32,000 nucleotides of DNA from Thermoproteus tenax Kra 1. Lineage in GTDB: Archaea > Thermoproteota > Thermoprotei > Thermoproteales > Thermoproteaceae. The notes under the pieces are model-generated. The model was not told the DNA's origin. It was given only the letters and a program-made list of their open reading frames with translations, and searched no databases. Positions 16,357-26,274 of this stretch are shown piece by piece (the first letter of the stretch is position 1; each line of letters opens with the position of its first letter). The stretch spans positions 420,001-452,000 of the forward strand of contig NC_016070.1 in assembly GCF_000253055.1 (NCBI RefSeq), read 5' to 3'. The translations under genes and the position numbers were made by a program.

Positions 16357-17390
16357 CAGATCCTGGGCACGAGCTCGCCTCTGGGCGGCTCCAATATCCT
16401 CAGTCCTCCCACCGACGTCTTCAACAAGGCGTATCCCTTGTGTCTCTCGGCCGATTTGAACTCGCCTATGACTCTGGCGTTGGAGAAGCCCAGAGATCTG
16501 GCCAACTTGACCACTTCGTCGGCCACAGTCGGGTCCACGGCGAGCACGGCGACGCCCTCGCTGGCCAGATGGAGCGGGTCTATGCCCAACATGTTTGCGT
16601 AGGACGCCACCTCGGGCCTTACGGGCACTGCGTCCTCCTCAACGACGATCACGCCGCCGCCAGCCTTAGCCCAGTCGTTTAACACCATGGAGAGTCCGCC
16701 GCGAGTGGGGTCCCGGGCGGCGTGGATATAGTCTCCGTATCTGTCCAAGAGGGGCAACATGAGCTTCGTCAAAGGCTTCACGTCGCTCCTCAGCTTGAGC
16801 TCCTCGGGCTTCTCCACGTCCCCCATCTGCATCATCAATATCACTGCGCCGTGGTCGCCCACGTAGTCGCTGACGATAATCTTGTCGCCGTCCCTCGGCT
16901 TGTCCACTATGGGCCTCTTGGCCACTCCGATCCCCACTGTGGTGATCACCACTTTGTCCAACTGCCCCTTGGGCATCACTTTGAAATCTCCTCCTATCAG
17001 GGCGACCCCCTCAGACCTCAGCACAGAGAGAAAGGAGTTGGTGATCCTCTCCAGAGTCTCCATGGGGAGCCCCTCCTCGGCTATTACGGCGTCCAACATG
17101 GCCAGAGGTCTCCCGCCCATCATGAGGACATCGTTTATAGACCCGGAGGCCGCTAATACGCCTATATCTCCGCCTGGAAAGAAGGGAGGATTCACCGTGT
17201 AGGAGTCCACGGTGACCACTAGGTACGAGCCATCGCCCATCGGTATCGCCGCCGCGTCGTCGGGGAAGTCCAGGCCGACTCCGCCCTCGACCCTCTTCAG
17301 CGAATCGGCGAGCTTAGATATGAAGAGCCGCTCCACAATCTCGGACGTCTCGACGCCTCCAGAGCCGTGGGACAGCTTGACTACAGACAT
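16353..17390 (-). CDS. hypE: Hydrogenase maturation protein HypE (carbamoyl dehydratase; PurM/AIR-synthase-like fold)
   Basis: The N-terminal LSHGSGG motif, the AIR-synthase-related domain architecture and the diagnostic C-terminal PRIC ending are all present. Length is 345 aa. Confidence 0.85.
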   Translation of the reverse strand: MSVVKLSHGSGGVETSEIVERLFISKLADSLKRVEGGVGLDFPDDAAAIPMGDGSYLVVTVDSYTVNPPFFPGGDIGVLAASGSINDVLMMGGRPLAMLDAVIAEEGLPMETLERITNSFLSVLRSEGVALIGGDFKVMPKGQLDKVVITTVGIGVAKRPIVDKPRDGDKIIVSDYVGDHGAVILMMQMGDVEKPEELKLRSDVKPLTKLMLPLLDRYGDYIHAARDPTRGGLSMVLNDWAKAGGGVIVVEEDAVPVRPEVASYANMLGIDPLHLASEGVAVLAVDPTVADEVVKLARSLGFSNARVIGEFKSAERHKGYALLKTSVGGLRILEPPRGELVPRIC

Positions 17391-17518
17391 GCCGGAGTCT
17401 GTGGTTGGCTTTTAAAATCTGTCCAGTGCGCGATACAGTGTGCACAGAATTGTTAATAATTCAGAGAAAATCCAAGCATTTCGTGCACAATATTTTAATA
17501 CTTGCGGAGGACGAGACA

Positions 17519-18476
17519 CGTGATCGCGCGGGTCGTAGTCCTCGGGCTTGCCCTGTTGGCGATAGCTGCGTGGGCGACTACGATAGTCGTCACCTTCCCC
17601 GCCTACGATCTATACCTCAAGGAGGCGTTCCCTCAAGCCAACGTTGTGTTGTTGACTAAGGGCGTGTCCGACCCCCACGAATATCAGCTGACCCCCAGCG
17701 ATGTGCAAATGCTCTTATCTCTGGGGCCCAACGATGTCATCGTCACGTCTCTACACGCACAGTTCGAGCTCAGAATATTGCAGATGGCACAATCCGGCGA
17801 GATCAAGGCCAAGGTCGTTGTGGTTCCCCAGATCGCCCAGTATCTCACTTTCGACGGACGGCTCGTCCGGGGTAATTGGAGCGAGGGGGGCGTCAACGAG
17901 CACGAGCACGGCCTTTATGTCCCCAACGCCATACGTATAATCGAGGCTGTGGCCAACGCAACTGGGCTGTCGCCCAACCAGACCTACCTGGAACAGCTCT
18001 TGGAGCTCAACAGGACCTACTGTTGTAAATTCAGCGGGAGGGCGGTCGCCGTGACGCCCGCAGCCGAGTATATACTCTACTGGCTAGGCTATAGAGATAT
18101 TGTAGTATTGATAAAAGAGGAGGGGGTGCCGCCCACTCCGCAAGATCTTCAGAGGGCGGCTGAGTACATGGAGGAGGGAGCCCCCGCTTTAGCCGTTGGA
18201 GTAAGCGGCGAGACTCTTAGGATCGCCCAGAGCCTTGAGGACAAACTGAGGGAGATGGGAGTCTCCAACCCCCACATAATCACCGCTGTGTTTAACGGTA
18301 GCTATATTGGGACTATGGAGCAAGTGGTCGAGCAAATATCTCAACGGACGCAGACGGCTCAGCCGGCGCAGGCGGGATCGGCGCCAGGCTATCTACTGCT
18401 CATTATCGCTGTAACGGTAGCTGTGGCGGCTGCGGCGATAGCCGTATTTAAGTTCAGACGGGCCTCTGTGCACTGA
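17519..18476 (+). CDS. Metal (Zn/Mn/Fe-type) ABC transporter substrate-binding protein, ZnuA/TroA-like, with a C-terminal TM anchor
   Basis: A DPHEYQLTPSD motif (cf. the DPH.W motif of the TroA family) and a His-rich NEHEHG loop are present. The C-terminal hydrophobic helix LLLIIAVTVAVAAAAIAVF is followed by KFRR. GTG 17519 is about 25 nt after the TATA-like atattttaata. The track start at 17502 is TTG. Confidence 0.75.
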
Positions 18477-18543
18477 GCCGCGAAAATCTCGTCGATTTTT
18501 TCAAAGCTTCGTGCATTTTTATAGTCGAGGGGGATACTCCTCC

Positions 18544-19269
18544 ATGTTGACCGTGGAGGGGCTTGAAGTCAGACTGGGGAGTAAAGTCGTTCTTGAGGGA
18601 GTTACATTCACAGCTGGCAGAGGGCTTCTGTTAATCGCCGGGCCCAACGGGGCGGGGAAGAGCACGTTGTTCAAGGCGGTGTTGAACTTGCTACCCTATA
18701 GGGGCAAGATCTGCGTCGACGGCGTCTGCGGGCCCGAGCGCGTGAGGCACATAGGATATGTGCCTCAGAGGATCCAGATCGAGGCGCCGGCCACAGTGTG
18801 GGAGTTCGTGTATATCCCAACGCGGCTGAGGGGGGCCAGAGATGCCGCAGAGAGGGCGAGGGAGGCCTTGAAGCTCGCCGGCATTTCCGAGCTGAGGGAT
18901 CGGCCCGTCGCCGCCCTTTCTGGGGGACAGCTTCAAAGGGCCGCAGTGGCGCGCGCCTTGGCCACCGGCGGTGAAGTGCTGCTTCTTGACGAGCCGCTTT
19001 CCAATATAGATCCTCAAGGCAGAATAGAGATCTTGTCGTTGTTGAGCGAACTGAAGAGGGAGAGAGTCGTCCTAATGACGTCCCACGAACTCACGCTTCC
19101 GTCGGACCTCGCCGATAGAGTCCTCCTCTTAAATAGGAGGGTTGTTGCGTTCGGAGCCCCGGGGGAGGTGCTCAGAGAGGAGGTATTGAGGAGGATATAC
19201 AGATATGTGAGAATAGCCAGAACTCCAGAGGGCCTCGTCTGCGCCACTGAGGACTATGGGGCGCATTGA
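18544..19269 (+). CDS. Metal ABC transporter ATP-binding protein (ZnuC-like)
   Basis: Walker A GPNGAGKST, the signature LSGGQLQR and Walker B LLLDEPLSNID are present. ATG 18544 (MLTVEGLEV) is about 25 nt downstream of the TATA-like gcatttttatag. Confidence 0.85.
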   Translation: MLTVEGLEVRLGSKVVLEGVTFTAGRGLLLIAGPNGAGKSTLFKAVLNLLPYRGKICVDGVCGPERVRHIGYVPQRIQIEAPATVWEFVYIPTRLRGARDAAERAREALKLAGISELRDRPVAALSGGQLQRAAVARALATGGEVLLLDEPLSNIDPQGRIEILSLLSELKRERVVLMTSHELTLPSDLADRVLLLNRRVVAFGAPGEVLREEVLRRIYRYVRIARTPEGLVCATEDYGAH

Positions 19270-20137
19270 GCCTATTGCGGCAGCTATGGCCGCCGCCGCG
19301 TTGCTCCATGCCTACATAGCGGCGAGGATCTTCCTCTGGCCGCTCGCGGCGTTGTTGCTCACCTCGGCTGCGCTGTCCGCTCTAAGCCCCATGGCGGTCA
19401 ATAGGCGGATGACCTTCCTGGCCCACGCCCAGAGCCACTCCATCTTGACTGCGTCTTTGTCGGCTGCGGTCACCACAGCCCTCTTGAAGATATCGTGGTT
19501 CTCCCCCTACTTCACGTTGGTCGTGATAGCGTATACGATCGCCTTGAACCTCCTCGTGCTCTTAGTGGCCCGCTCGGGTTTCAAGGAGGACGTAGCCACC
19601 GGCATAGTGATGTCGTTCCAACTGGCCGCCACAATATTCTTGATATACGTCCTGAGGTCTCTCGTGTCCACCTCTCTCGACCCTCTGGCCCTCTTCACAG
19701 GCGAGTATCTGTTGATAACGTCCTCCGATGTAATCCAACTGGCGCCGGTCCTAGCCGCTACATCGCTCTTCGTAGCGTTGGCTGGAGTGCCCTTCCTCTA
19801 TATCGCCCTCGACCGCGAGTATGCCTCGTCCTTGGGCTTGAGGCCGACTTTGTACGAAGTCCTCTTCATAATAGCCATGTCCTCGGCGGCGGCCGTGAGC
19901 GTCAACGTCATGGGGGCGTTGATACCTGCCGTAGTTCTGGTCGTGCCGGGCGCAGCTGCAGCGAAGACGACGCAAAGTTTAGTGAGACAGATCCCCACTG
20001 CTTCATCTTACGGCGTCATCTCCGCCTCTGTGTCGCACTTCATATACGCCGAGCTCCCTTGGATGTGGCCCAACGTGGCGGTAGCGCTGGTCTTATTGGC
20101 GATCCTTCTGTATAGCATAAGGCCGTTAACGCGTTAA
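19256..20137 (+). CDS. Metal ABC transporter permease (ZnuB-like)
   Basis: This 293-aa polytopic membrane protein immediately follows and overlaps the ATPase gene, which is typical ABC-3 family context. Confidence 0.75.
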   Translation: MGRIEPIAAAMAAAALLHAYIAARIFLWPLAALLLTSAALSALSPMAVNRRMTFLAHAQSHSILTASLSAAVTTALLKISWFSPYFTLVVIAYTIALNLLVLLVARSGFKEDVATGIVMSFQLAATIFLIYVLRSLVSTSLDPLALFTGEYLLITSSDVIQLAPVLAATSLFVALAGVPFLYIALDREYASSLGLRPTLYEVLFIIAMSSAAAVSVNVMGALIPAVVLVVPGAAAAKTTQSLVRQIPTASSYGVISASVSHFIYAELPWMWPNVAVALVLLAILLYSIRPLTR

Positions 20138-20190
20138 AGAATAGGCATTTGCCATAAAGAAATATTATATATTGCACTATAGAGGAGGTC

Positions 20191-22830
20191 ATGCCTTATG
20201 TAAAGGCAGAGGCGAAGCTCTCAGTAGGCCCCCGCACCTATAAGATCTACAAGCTGAGGGCTCTGGAGGCCGAGGGATATGACGTATCTAGACTGCCTTA
20301 CAGCATAAGGGTGCTTCTGGAGAACGTGCTCCGCAACTACGACGGAAGAGATATCGCCCAAGAGCATATCGATGCGCTGGCTAGGTGGAACCCCAAGTCG
20401 CCGGAGGGAGAGGTGGCGCTGAAGGTGACGAGGGTCGTTATGCAAGACTACACAGGGGTTCCAGCCGTAGTGGACTTGGCCACTATGAGGGAGATAGCCG
20501 CTAAATCGGGGCGGGACCCCAGTGTAGTCAACCCCAGAGTCCCCGTGGACCTTATCATAGACCACTCAGTCCAAGTGGACCACTGGGCATCCCCCCAGGC
20601 CCTCTCTTTGAACATCCGGCTCGAGATAGAGAGGAATAGAGAGAGGTATGTCTTCCTGAAGTGGGCCCAGAGCGCCTTCAAGAACCTCCGCGTATTCCCG
20701 CCGGGCACCGGCATAATACACCAGGTAAACTTGGAGTATTTGGCCAGAGTGGTGTGGACTGAGGGCGATACGGCCTTCTTCGAGACTCTCGTGGGGATGG
20801 ACAGCCACACTACGATGATAAACGGCCTCGGTGTCGTGGGGTGGGGAGTAGGGGGCGTAGAGGCCGAGGCAGCGATGCTCGGAGAGCCCATAACCATAAG
20901 AGTGCCGAGGGTGGTGGGAGTGAGGCTCTACGGCGAGCCGCGCCCCGGCGTCACTGCAACCGATATAGTCCTGGCGGTGACCGAGGCGTTGAGGAAGGTG
21001 AACGTAGTGGACGCGTTCGTAGAGTTCTTCGGCGAGGGAGTAAGGAAGCTCTCGGTGCCGGACAGAGCCACGATAGCCAACATGGCGCCCGAGTATGGAT
21101 CCACGGTGGGGCTGTTCCCCGTCGACGGCAACACTCTGGACTATCTGTCTGCCACCGGAAGACCTGAGGAGTTGATAGCCTTGGTCAAGAAATACTACGA
21201 GGAGCAGGGCGTGTTCAGAGGAGTTGAGGACGCCGAGTACAGCCAGGTGGTGGACTTCGATTTGTCTGCAGTGGAGCCGTCCGCCGCCGGTCCCACCCTC
21301 CCGTGGCAGAGGAGGTCGCTCCAAGACGTCCCCAAAAGCTTCGTCGAGTTCCTGGCACAGAGGAAGAAGAGGGACAAGAGGAAGGCCGTAGAGATAGAGA
21401 TCGGAGGGAGGAGGACGGAGTTCGGAGACGGCGATGTGGCCATAGCGGCTATAACGAGCTGCACCAACACGTCAAATCCCTATCTTTTGGTCGCGGCGGG
21501 GCTAGTGGCGAAGAAGGCCGTGGAGGCCGGCTTGTCTGTGCCGCCGTACGTCAAGACGAGCTTCGCGCCCGGCTCCCGCGCCGTGGAGGAGATCCTGAGG
21601 AGGGCAGGCTTGATGCCATATTTAGAGAAGCTGGGCTTCCACGTAGTCGCCTATGGGTGCACCACGTGTATAGGGAACTCAGGCCCTCTGCCGCAGCCCG
21701 TCTCCAAGGCCATAAAGGAGTACGACATAATGGCAGCCGCAGTGTTGTCGGGCAACCGCAACTTCGAGGGCAGAGTACACCCGGAGATAAGAGCCGCCTA
21801 CCTCGCCTCGCCTCCTCTCGTGGTGGCCTACGCCCTGGCCGGATCGGTGTTGAGGGATCTATCGAGGGAGCCCCTCGGCGTAGGGAAAGAGGGCAAGCCC
21901 GTCTATCTGAAGGACGTCTGGCCCAGCCCAGAGGAGGTCAACGAAGTCGTGGCGAGGGCCATGGATCCCAAGATCTATATAGAGAAGTATTCAAAGATAG
22001 GCGAGCTAGTCCCCGAGTGGAGCGAGCTGAAGGTTCCATCGGGGAACCTCTATCAGTGGAGATCCGACGACACCTATATACAGCCATCGCCGTTGTTCGA
22101 GGGGAGGCCGACCACCGGCGACATCATCAACGCAAGGCCGTTGTTAATCTTGGGCGACAGCATCACCACAGACCACATATCGCCCGCCGGCTCCATCCCG
22201 CCGGACAGCCCTGCGGGGAGGTACTTGGCCGAAAGAGGGGTGCAACAGAGGGACTTCAACACGTTCGGCGCCAGGAGGGGCAATTGGGAGGTTATGGTCA
22301 GAGGCACTTTCTGGAGCAAGGGCTATATCAACAAAATCGAGGGCGGCCTCGAGGGGGGATACACTGTAAAGTACCCAGAGGGGCTCAAGACCACAGTATA
22401 TGAGGCCGCCATGATGTACAAGAGGGAGGGCGTGCCCGTGGTCGTCGTTGCCGGCAAAAACTATGGCGCCGGCTCCAGCAGAGATTGGGCGGCCAAGGGG
22501 CCGAAGCTCTTGGGAGTCAAGGCCGTGATAGCAGAGAGCTTTGAAAGAATACACAGGTCTAATTTGACGATGGTGGGAATTGTGCCTATACAGCTGCCCC
22601 AAGGCGTGACAGTGGACAGCCTAAACCTCAAGGGCCCCGAGACCATCGACATAATAGGACTGGAGGATCTGGCTCCGGGGAAGGAGCTAACGTTGAGGAT
22701 ACACAGGCCAGACGGCAGGACCGACGAGCTGAGGGCCAAGGCCGCTGTCTATACGTGGGCTGAGGTCGAGTATATAAAGCACGGCGGAATTCTGCCGTAT
22801 GTGTTAAGGAAATTACTCGAAAAGAGTTGA
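20191..22830 (+). CDS. acnA: Aconitate hydratase (AcnA/IRP type)
   Basis: The 879-aa ORF carries Fe-S ligand contexts (ITSCTNTSNP, GCTTCIGNSG) plus the DSHTTM and RGNWEVMVRGTF motifs. Confidence 0.95.
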   Translation: MPYVKAEAKLSVGPRTYKIYKLRALEAEGYDVSRLPYSIRVLLENVLRNYDGRDIAQEHIDALARWNPKSPEGEVALKVTRVVMQDYTGVPAVVDLATMREIAAKSGRDPSVVNPRVPVDLIIDHSVQVDHWASPQALSLNIRLEIERNRERYVFLKWAQSAFKNLRVFPPGTGIIHQVNLEYLARVVWTEGDTAFFETLVGMDSHTTMINGLGVVGWGVGGVEAEAAMLGEPITIRVPRVVGVRLYGEPRPGVTATDIVLAVTEALRKVNVVDAFVEFFGEGVRKLSVPDRATIANMAPEYGSTVGLFPVDGNTLDYLSATGRPEELIALVKKYYEEQGVFRGVEDAEYSQVVDFDLSAVEPSAAGPTLPWQRRSLQDVPKSFVEFLAQRKKRDKRKAVEIEIGGRRTEFGDGDVAIAAITSCTNTSNPYLLVAAGLVAKKAVEAGLSVPPYVKTSFAPGSRAVEEILRRAGLMPYLEKLGFHVVAYGCTTCIGNSGPLPQPVSKAIKEYDIMAAAVLSGNRNFEGRVHPEIRAAYLASPPLVVAYALAGSVLRDLSREPLGVGKEGKPVYLKDVWPSPEEVNEVVARAMDPKIYIEKYSKIGELVPEWSELKVPSGNLYQWRSDDTYIQPSPLFEGRPTTGDIINARPLLILGDSITTDHISPAGSIPPDSPAGRYLAERGVQQRDFNTFGARRGNWEVMVRGTFWSKGYINKIEGGLEGGYTVKYPEGLKTTVYEAAMMYKREGVPVVVVAGKNYGAGSSRDWAAKGPKLLGVKAVIAESFERIHRSNLTMVGIVPIQLPQGVTVDSLNLKGPETIDIIGLEDLAPGKELTLRIHRPDGRTDELRAKAAVYTWAEVEYIKHGGILPYVLRKLLEKS

Positions 22831-22869
22831 TTTTGTGAAACACATAAAAGGCAGTCCCCGTCCTTGACC

Positions 22870-23550
22870 ATGAGGCTTCCGATTCTGATAATAAACTTCA
22901 AGGCATACGGCGAGGCGGCCGGCAAAAGGGCCGTTGAGTTAGCCAAGGCGGCCGAGAGAGCTGCCAGAGAGCTCGGCGTAAATATCGTTGTGGCTCCCAA
23001 CCACTTGGAGCTGGGCTTGGTCTCTCAGTCCGTCGACATACCTGTCTATGCCCAGGGCGCCGATGTAGAGGCAGGAGGAGCCCACACTGCACATGTGTCG
23101 CTGGAGAACATAAAGGAGGCGGGCGGCTCAGGCGTGATATTGAACCACAGCGAGGCTCCTCTGAAGCTAAATGATCTAGCCAGACTGGTGGCCAAGGCCA
23201 AGTCCCTAGGCCTCGATGTAGTCGTGTGTGCTCCAGACCCGAGGACCAGCCTGGCGGCGGCCGCCCTGGGGCCTCACGCAGTGGCCGTGGAGCCTCCGGA
23301 GCTCATCGGCACCGGCAGAGCGGTATCGAGATACAAGCCAGAGGCCATTGTTGAGACGGTGGGCCTAGTGTCGAGGCACTTCCCCGAGGTGTCCGTGATA
23401 ACGGGCGCAGGCATAGAGTCGGGGGACGACGTGGCCGCCGCGCTGAGGCTTGGGACCAGGGGGGTCCTGTTGGCAAGCGCCGCCGTGAAGGCGAAGGACC
23501 CCTACGCCAAAATAGTTGAGCTCGCCAAGCCTCTGTCAGAGCTCCGCTGA
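22870..23550 (+). CDS. tpiA: Triosephosphate isomerase (short archaeal type)
   Basis: The N-terminal [20 protein letters not shown] and EPPELIGTG motifs are present. At about 226 aa the length is typical of archaeal TIM. ATG 22870 is preferred over TTG 22864. Confidence 0.92.
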
Positions 23551-24723
23551 CTCCAACTGCCTCAGGACATAGCGCCTTATCTCGTCCTCGCTTGGGATAC
23601 TCTCCACTATCTTGCCGTCCTCCATGTACTTCTTGATCAAGGGCCTCCCCTCGGAGCCATCGGCGCATTTGGGCGGCGGCTCGCCCCACGGCCTCACAAC
23701 CCTCTTGAGGCCGCCGCAGTCGTAGAGCTGTTTGAAGCCGGGGAGCTTCCCCCTCTTGGTTATGGGAGTCCACGCTCCTCCCACCTTCACCTCAACTATG
23801 TCCATAGAGATGTCCACGCTGGGCGGGAAGGCTATGGATGTGCCCACGCCGAATGCATCCACTATATCGGCCAGTTCCGCCACGGCCTCCTCGTCCAGCC
23901 CTCCGCTTACGACGATCTTCACGTCCCTCCGCCCCATCAGCTCCAACGTCCAACGGACCTCCTCCACTATCCTCCTCATGTTGCCCCTCCTGCTCCCCGG
24001 CGTGTCCAAACGGACTCCCCAGAGCCTTTCGCCCAACCTCTTGACCGCGAGGACGGCCTCCTCCCTTTCGTCGAGGAAAGTGTCAGCGAGCACAATGCGG
24101 GGGACTTGGGGAGGGGCCGCGGCGTCGAACCAGACCCAAGCCTCGGTGTGGTCCCCCTTGAGCGCTCTGAAGATTATCATGAGGGCGTGGGGCATCGTGC
24201 CGACCGCCTGCTTGCCCATAAGTTCTGCGCCCAACACGCCCGCCACGCCGTCGCAGCCTCCAATGTACGCCGCTCTGTCGGCCATTGGCTGGACGGCCGG
24301 GTGGAGGACGCGCGCGCCGAAGAATAGACAGCTCTTGTCGCCGGCAGCCTTCTTAACTCTCGCCGCCTTAGTGGCAATGCTCGAGTAATGTCTCAGAATG
24401 CCCAAAACTGTGGTCTCGAACACAGCGAAGTCCACGTATCTGCCCTCTATTACCATGAGAGGTTGGTTCTCGCCGAAAAGGGTCCCCTCGGGGAGGGCGT
24501 AGACAGTAACGGGCTTGCCCTCGAGGGCGTAGAGCGCCTCCTTCAGACCGGCGAAGACGGCCCACTTATATCCCTCCGGCAGAGATGCAACGTGGAACTC
24601 GGCCCTCACCACCGCGTCGTCGAGCCCGGCGGCCTTCAGCGTCTCGACGGTCCTGATAAAATAGATGTCTGTGGCACGCCCGGAGATTATATCGTCGGCC
24701 GTAGCTATGTGGAACTTCGCCAT
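23536..24723 (-). CDS. pncB: Nicotinate phosphoribosyltransferase (archaeal NAPRTase family)
   Basis: The 395-aa ORF has an N-terminus ([22 protein letters not shown]) and internal [20 protein letters not shown] and GGLDEE patterns typical of the type II PRTase family. Confidence 0.8.
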
Positions 24724-24836
24724 AGCCTAGAACAGAAGGGAGTTTTTGAGCATTAGTTTCCTCGCTCATTTAACTCCACAATTACAAAATTATAATTATA
24801 ATTATTGCCAATTGAACAATCTATATAAATATTATG

Positions 24837-24867
24837 TATCAATTAAAATAAAAATAATATATTGATA
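24837..24867. promoter_or_regulatory. 7-bp inverted repeat (tatcaat N17 attgata) overlapping the presumed citrate synthase TATA region
   Basis: Seen directly: tatcaat at 24837-24843 and attgata at 24861-24867 flank aaaataaaaataat. The gltA ATG is at 24875. Confidence 0.3.
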
Positions 24868-24874
24868 TACGCCT

Positions 24875-25999
24875 ATGCAGTACAGCCCAGGTTTAGAGGG
24901 AATAATAGTAAAAGAAAGTAAAATTTGTTTAATAGACGTCGAGAACTCCAAGATATACTACAGAGGCTACGACATAGAGGAGCTCGCCGATAAATCGACC
25001 TTTGAGGAGACGGCATATCTGTTGATCTACGGCCAACTTCCGAGGGCCTCCGAGCTCGATGCGTTCAAGGAGAGGCTCGCCTCGCTGAGGCGGCCCCCCG
25101 AGCATGTGGTGAAGTTGCTCGGCCTGCTCCCCAAAAGCGCCGAGCCTATCGACGTCCTCAGAACCGCCGTCTCGGCCATGGGCATGGGCAGAAATCTGTC
25201 GGACAGATCCCCGGAGGCGGAGCTGGAGAGAGGCTTGGAGGTGATCGCGTCTATGCCCTTCATTGCCGCCAACTGGGATAGAACGAGGCGCGGGCTTGAG
25301 ATCGCGGATCCGCAGGCCGAGGGCCATGCCGAGTATTTCCTCAGAGCGCTCAAGGGGGATGCGTCCCCCAGACAGATCAAGGCGATGGACGTCATGTTGA
25401 TAATCTACGCCGAGCACGGCATGAACAACAGCGCCTTCACAGCTGTGACAGTGGCCTCGACGCTCTCCGATATGTACTCAGTGATCTCGGCAGCTATAGC
25501 GAGCCTCAAGGGCCCGCTCCACGGAGGGGCCAATATAGATGCGGCCAAAATGATAGAGGAGGTGGGAGAGCCGGGGAGAGTCCAGAGGTGGGTGGACGAG
25601 GCGCTCGCGGCGGGCAAGAGAATACCTGGCTTCGGGCACAGGCTCTACAAGAGGGGGCCCGACCCGCGCCTGAGGGTTTTGAGGCGGCTGGCCCGCGAGC
25701 TCGCCGAGGAGGCCGGCGACTATAAATACTACGAGATCGCTGAGAGGCTCGAGGAGTACGTCCACTCTAGGCTTTCTCACAAGGGGATCTACGCAAACAC
25801 TGACCTTTACGCCGCGGTCATCTTCAAATATCTGGGCCTTCCCACAGACCTCAATCTGCCGGCCTTCGCCATGTCGCGCGCAGCCGGCTGGGTGGCGCAC
25901 GCAGTGGAGTATAGAAGGAACAACAGATTGATACGCCCCACCGAGAGATACATTGGACCAGTCGGCCTTAGGTATATCCCTCTGGAGGCCCGGGGCTGA
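24875..25999 (+). CDS. gltA: Citrate synthase
   Basis: The catalytic GFGHRLYK motif, HGGANI, and EHGMNNSAF are present. At 374 aa the length is typical of archaeal citrate synthase. Confidence 0.93.
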   Translation: MQYSPGLEGIIVKESKICLIDVENSKIYYRGYDIEELADKSTFEETAYLLIYGQLPRASELDAFKERLASLRRPPEHVVKLLGLLPKSAEPIDVLRTAVSAMGMGRNLSDRSPEAELERGLEVIASMPFIAANWDRTRRGLEIADPQAEGHAEYFLRALKGDASPRQIKAMDVMLIIYAEHGMNNSAFTAVTVASTLSDMYSVISAAIASLKGPLHGGANIDAAKMIEEVGEPGRVQRWVDEALAAGKRIPGFGHRLYKRGPDPRLRVLRRLARELAEEAGDYKYYEIAERLEEYVHSRLSHKGIYANTDLYAAVIFKYLGLPTDLNLPAFAMSRAAGWVAHAVEYRRNNRLIRPTERYIGPVGLRYIPLEARG

Positions 26000-26274
26000 T
26001 TATCCCGCCCTTAAGGGAGGACATAGCTCTCTCACACTTCTTGATCGTTGAAAAATTCTGTTCTGGCGCAGGCGGGAGGCCTAAATCACGCGCGTGCGTC
26101 TACGGCGGCTGGGGGGGCAGTGTCTCATGAGGGGGCTCTGCCCTGACTGGAGGGGGACCTGCCGCCCGGCCCCACGCCCGATGGCCCCGCGCCGGAGGTA
26201 TTTTGGATACCGATGAAGGCGTGGGCGAGGAGGAAGCCCCTAGGCGCAACAGCCTAGGGACAAGCGACAAACGG

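Noticed and set aside
19495-20115. 206-aa alternate-frame ORF inside the metal ABC permease gene
   Set aside because: It is an Arg-rich off-frame product. The permease frame gives a coherent polytopic membrane protein.
20221-22843. Long alternate-frame and antisense ORFs within aconitase (20566-21324 minus, 21303-22403 plus, 22144-22602 minus, and others)
   Set aside because: The aconitase frame has Fe-S ligand motifs along its full length. The others are Arg/Gly-rich shadows, and the 366-aa one is about one-third Arg/Gly/Glu by eye.
20191-25999. Aconitase and citrate synthase lying close together as a possible TCA operon
   Set aside because: They are separated by tpiA and an oppositely oriented NAPRTase gene, and each has its own promoter-like region. 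This is ordinary housekeeping clustering rather than a dedicated system.
26125-26147. Possible C/D-box sRNA (CAUGAGG ... CUGA) in the GC-rich spacer, and a UGAUGA at 9894-9899
   Set aside because: The C-box candidates deviate from RUGAUGA. No properly spaced D/D'/C' boxes or terminal stem were found. The 9894 site is simply the last codons of the PAC2-like gene.
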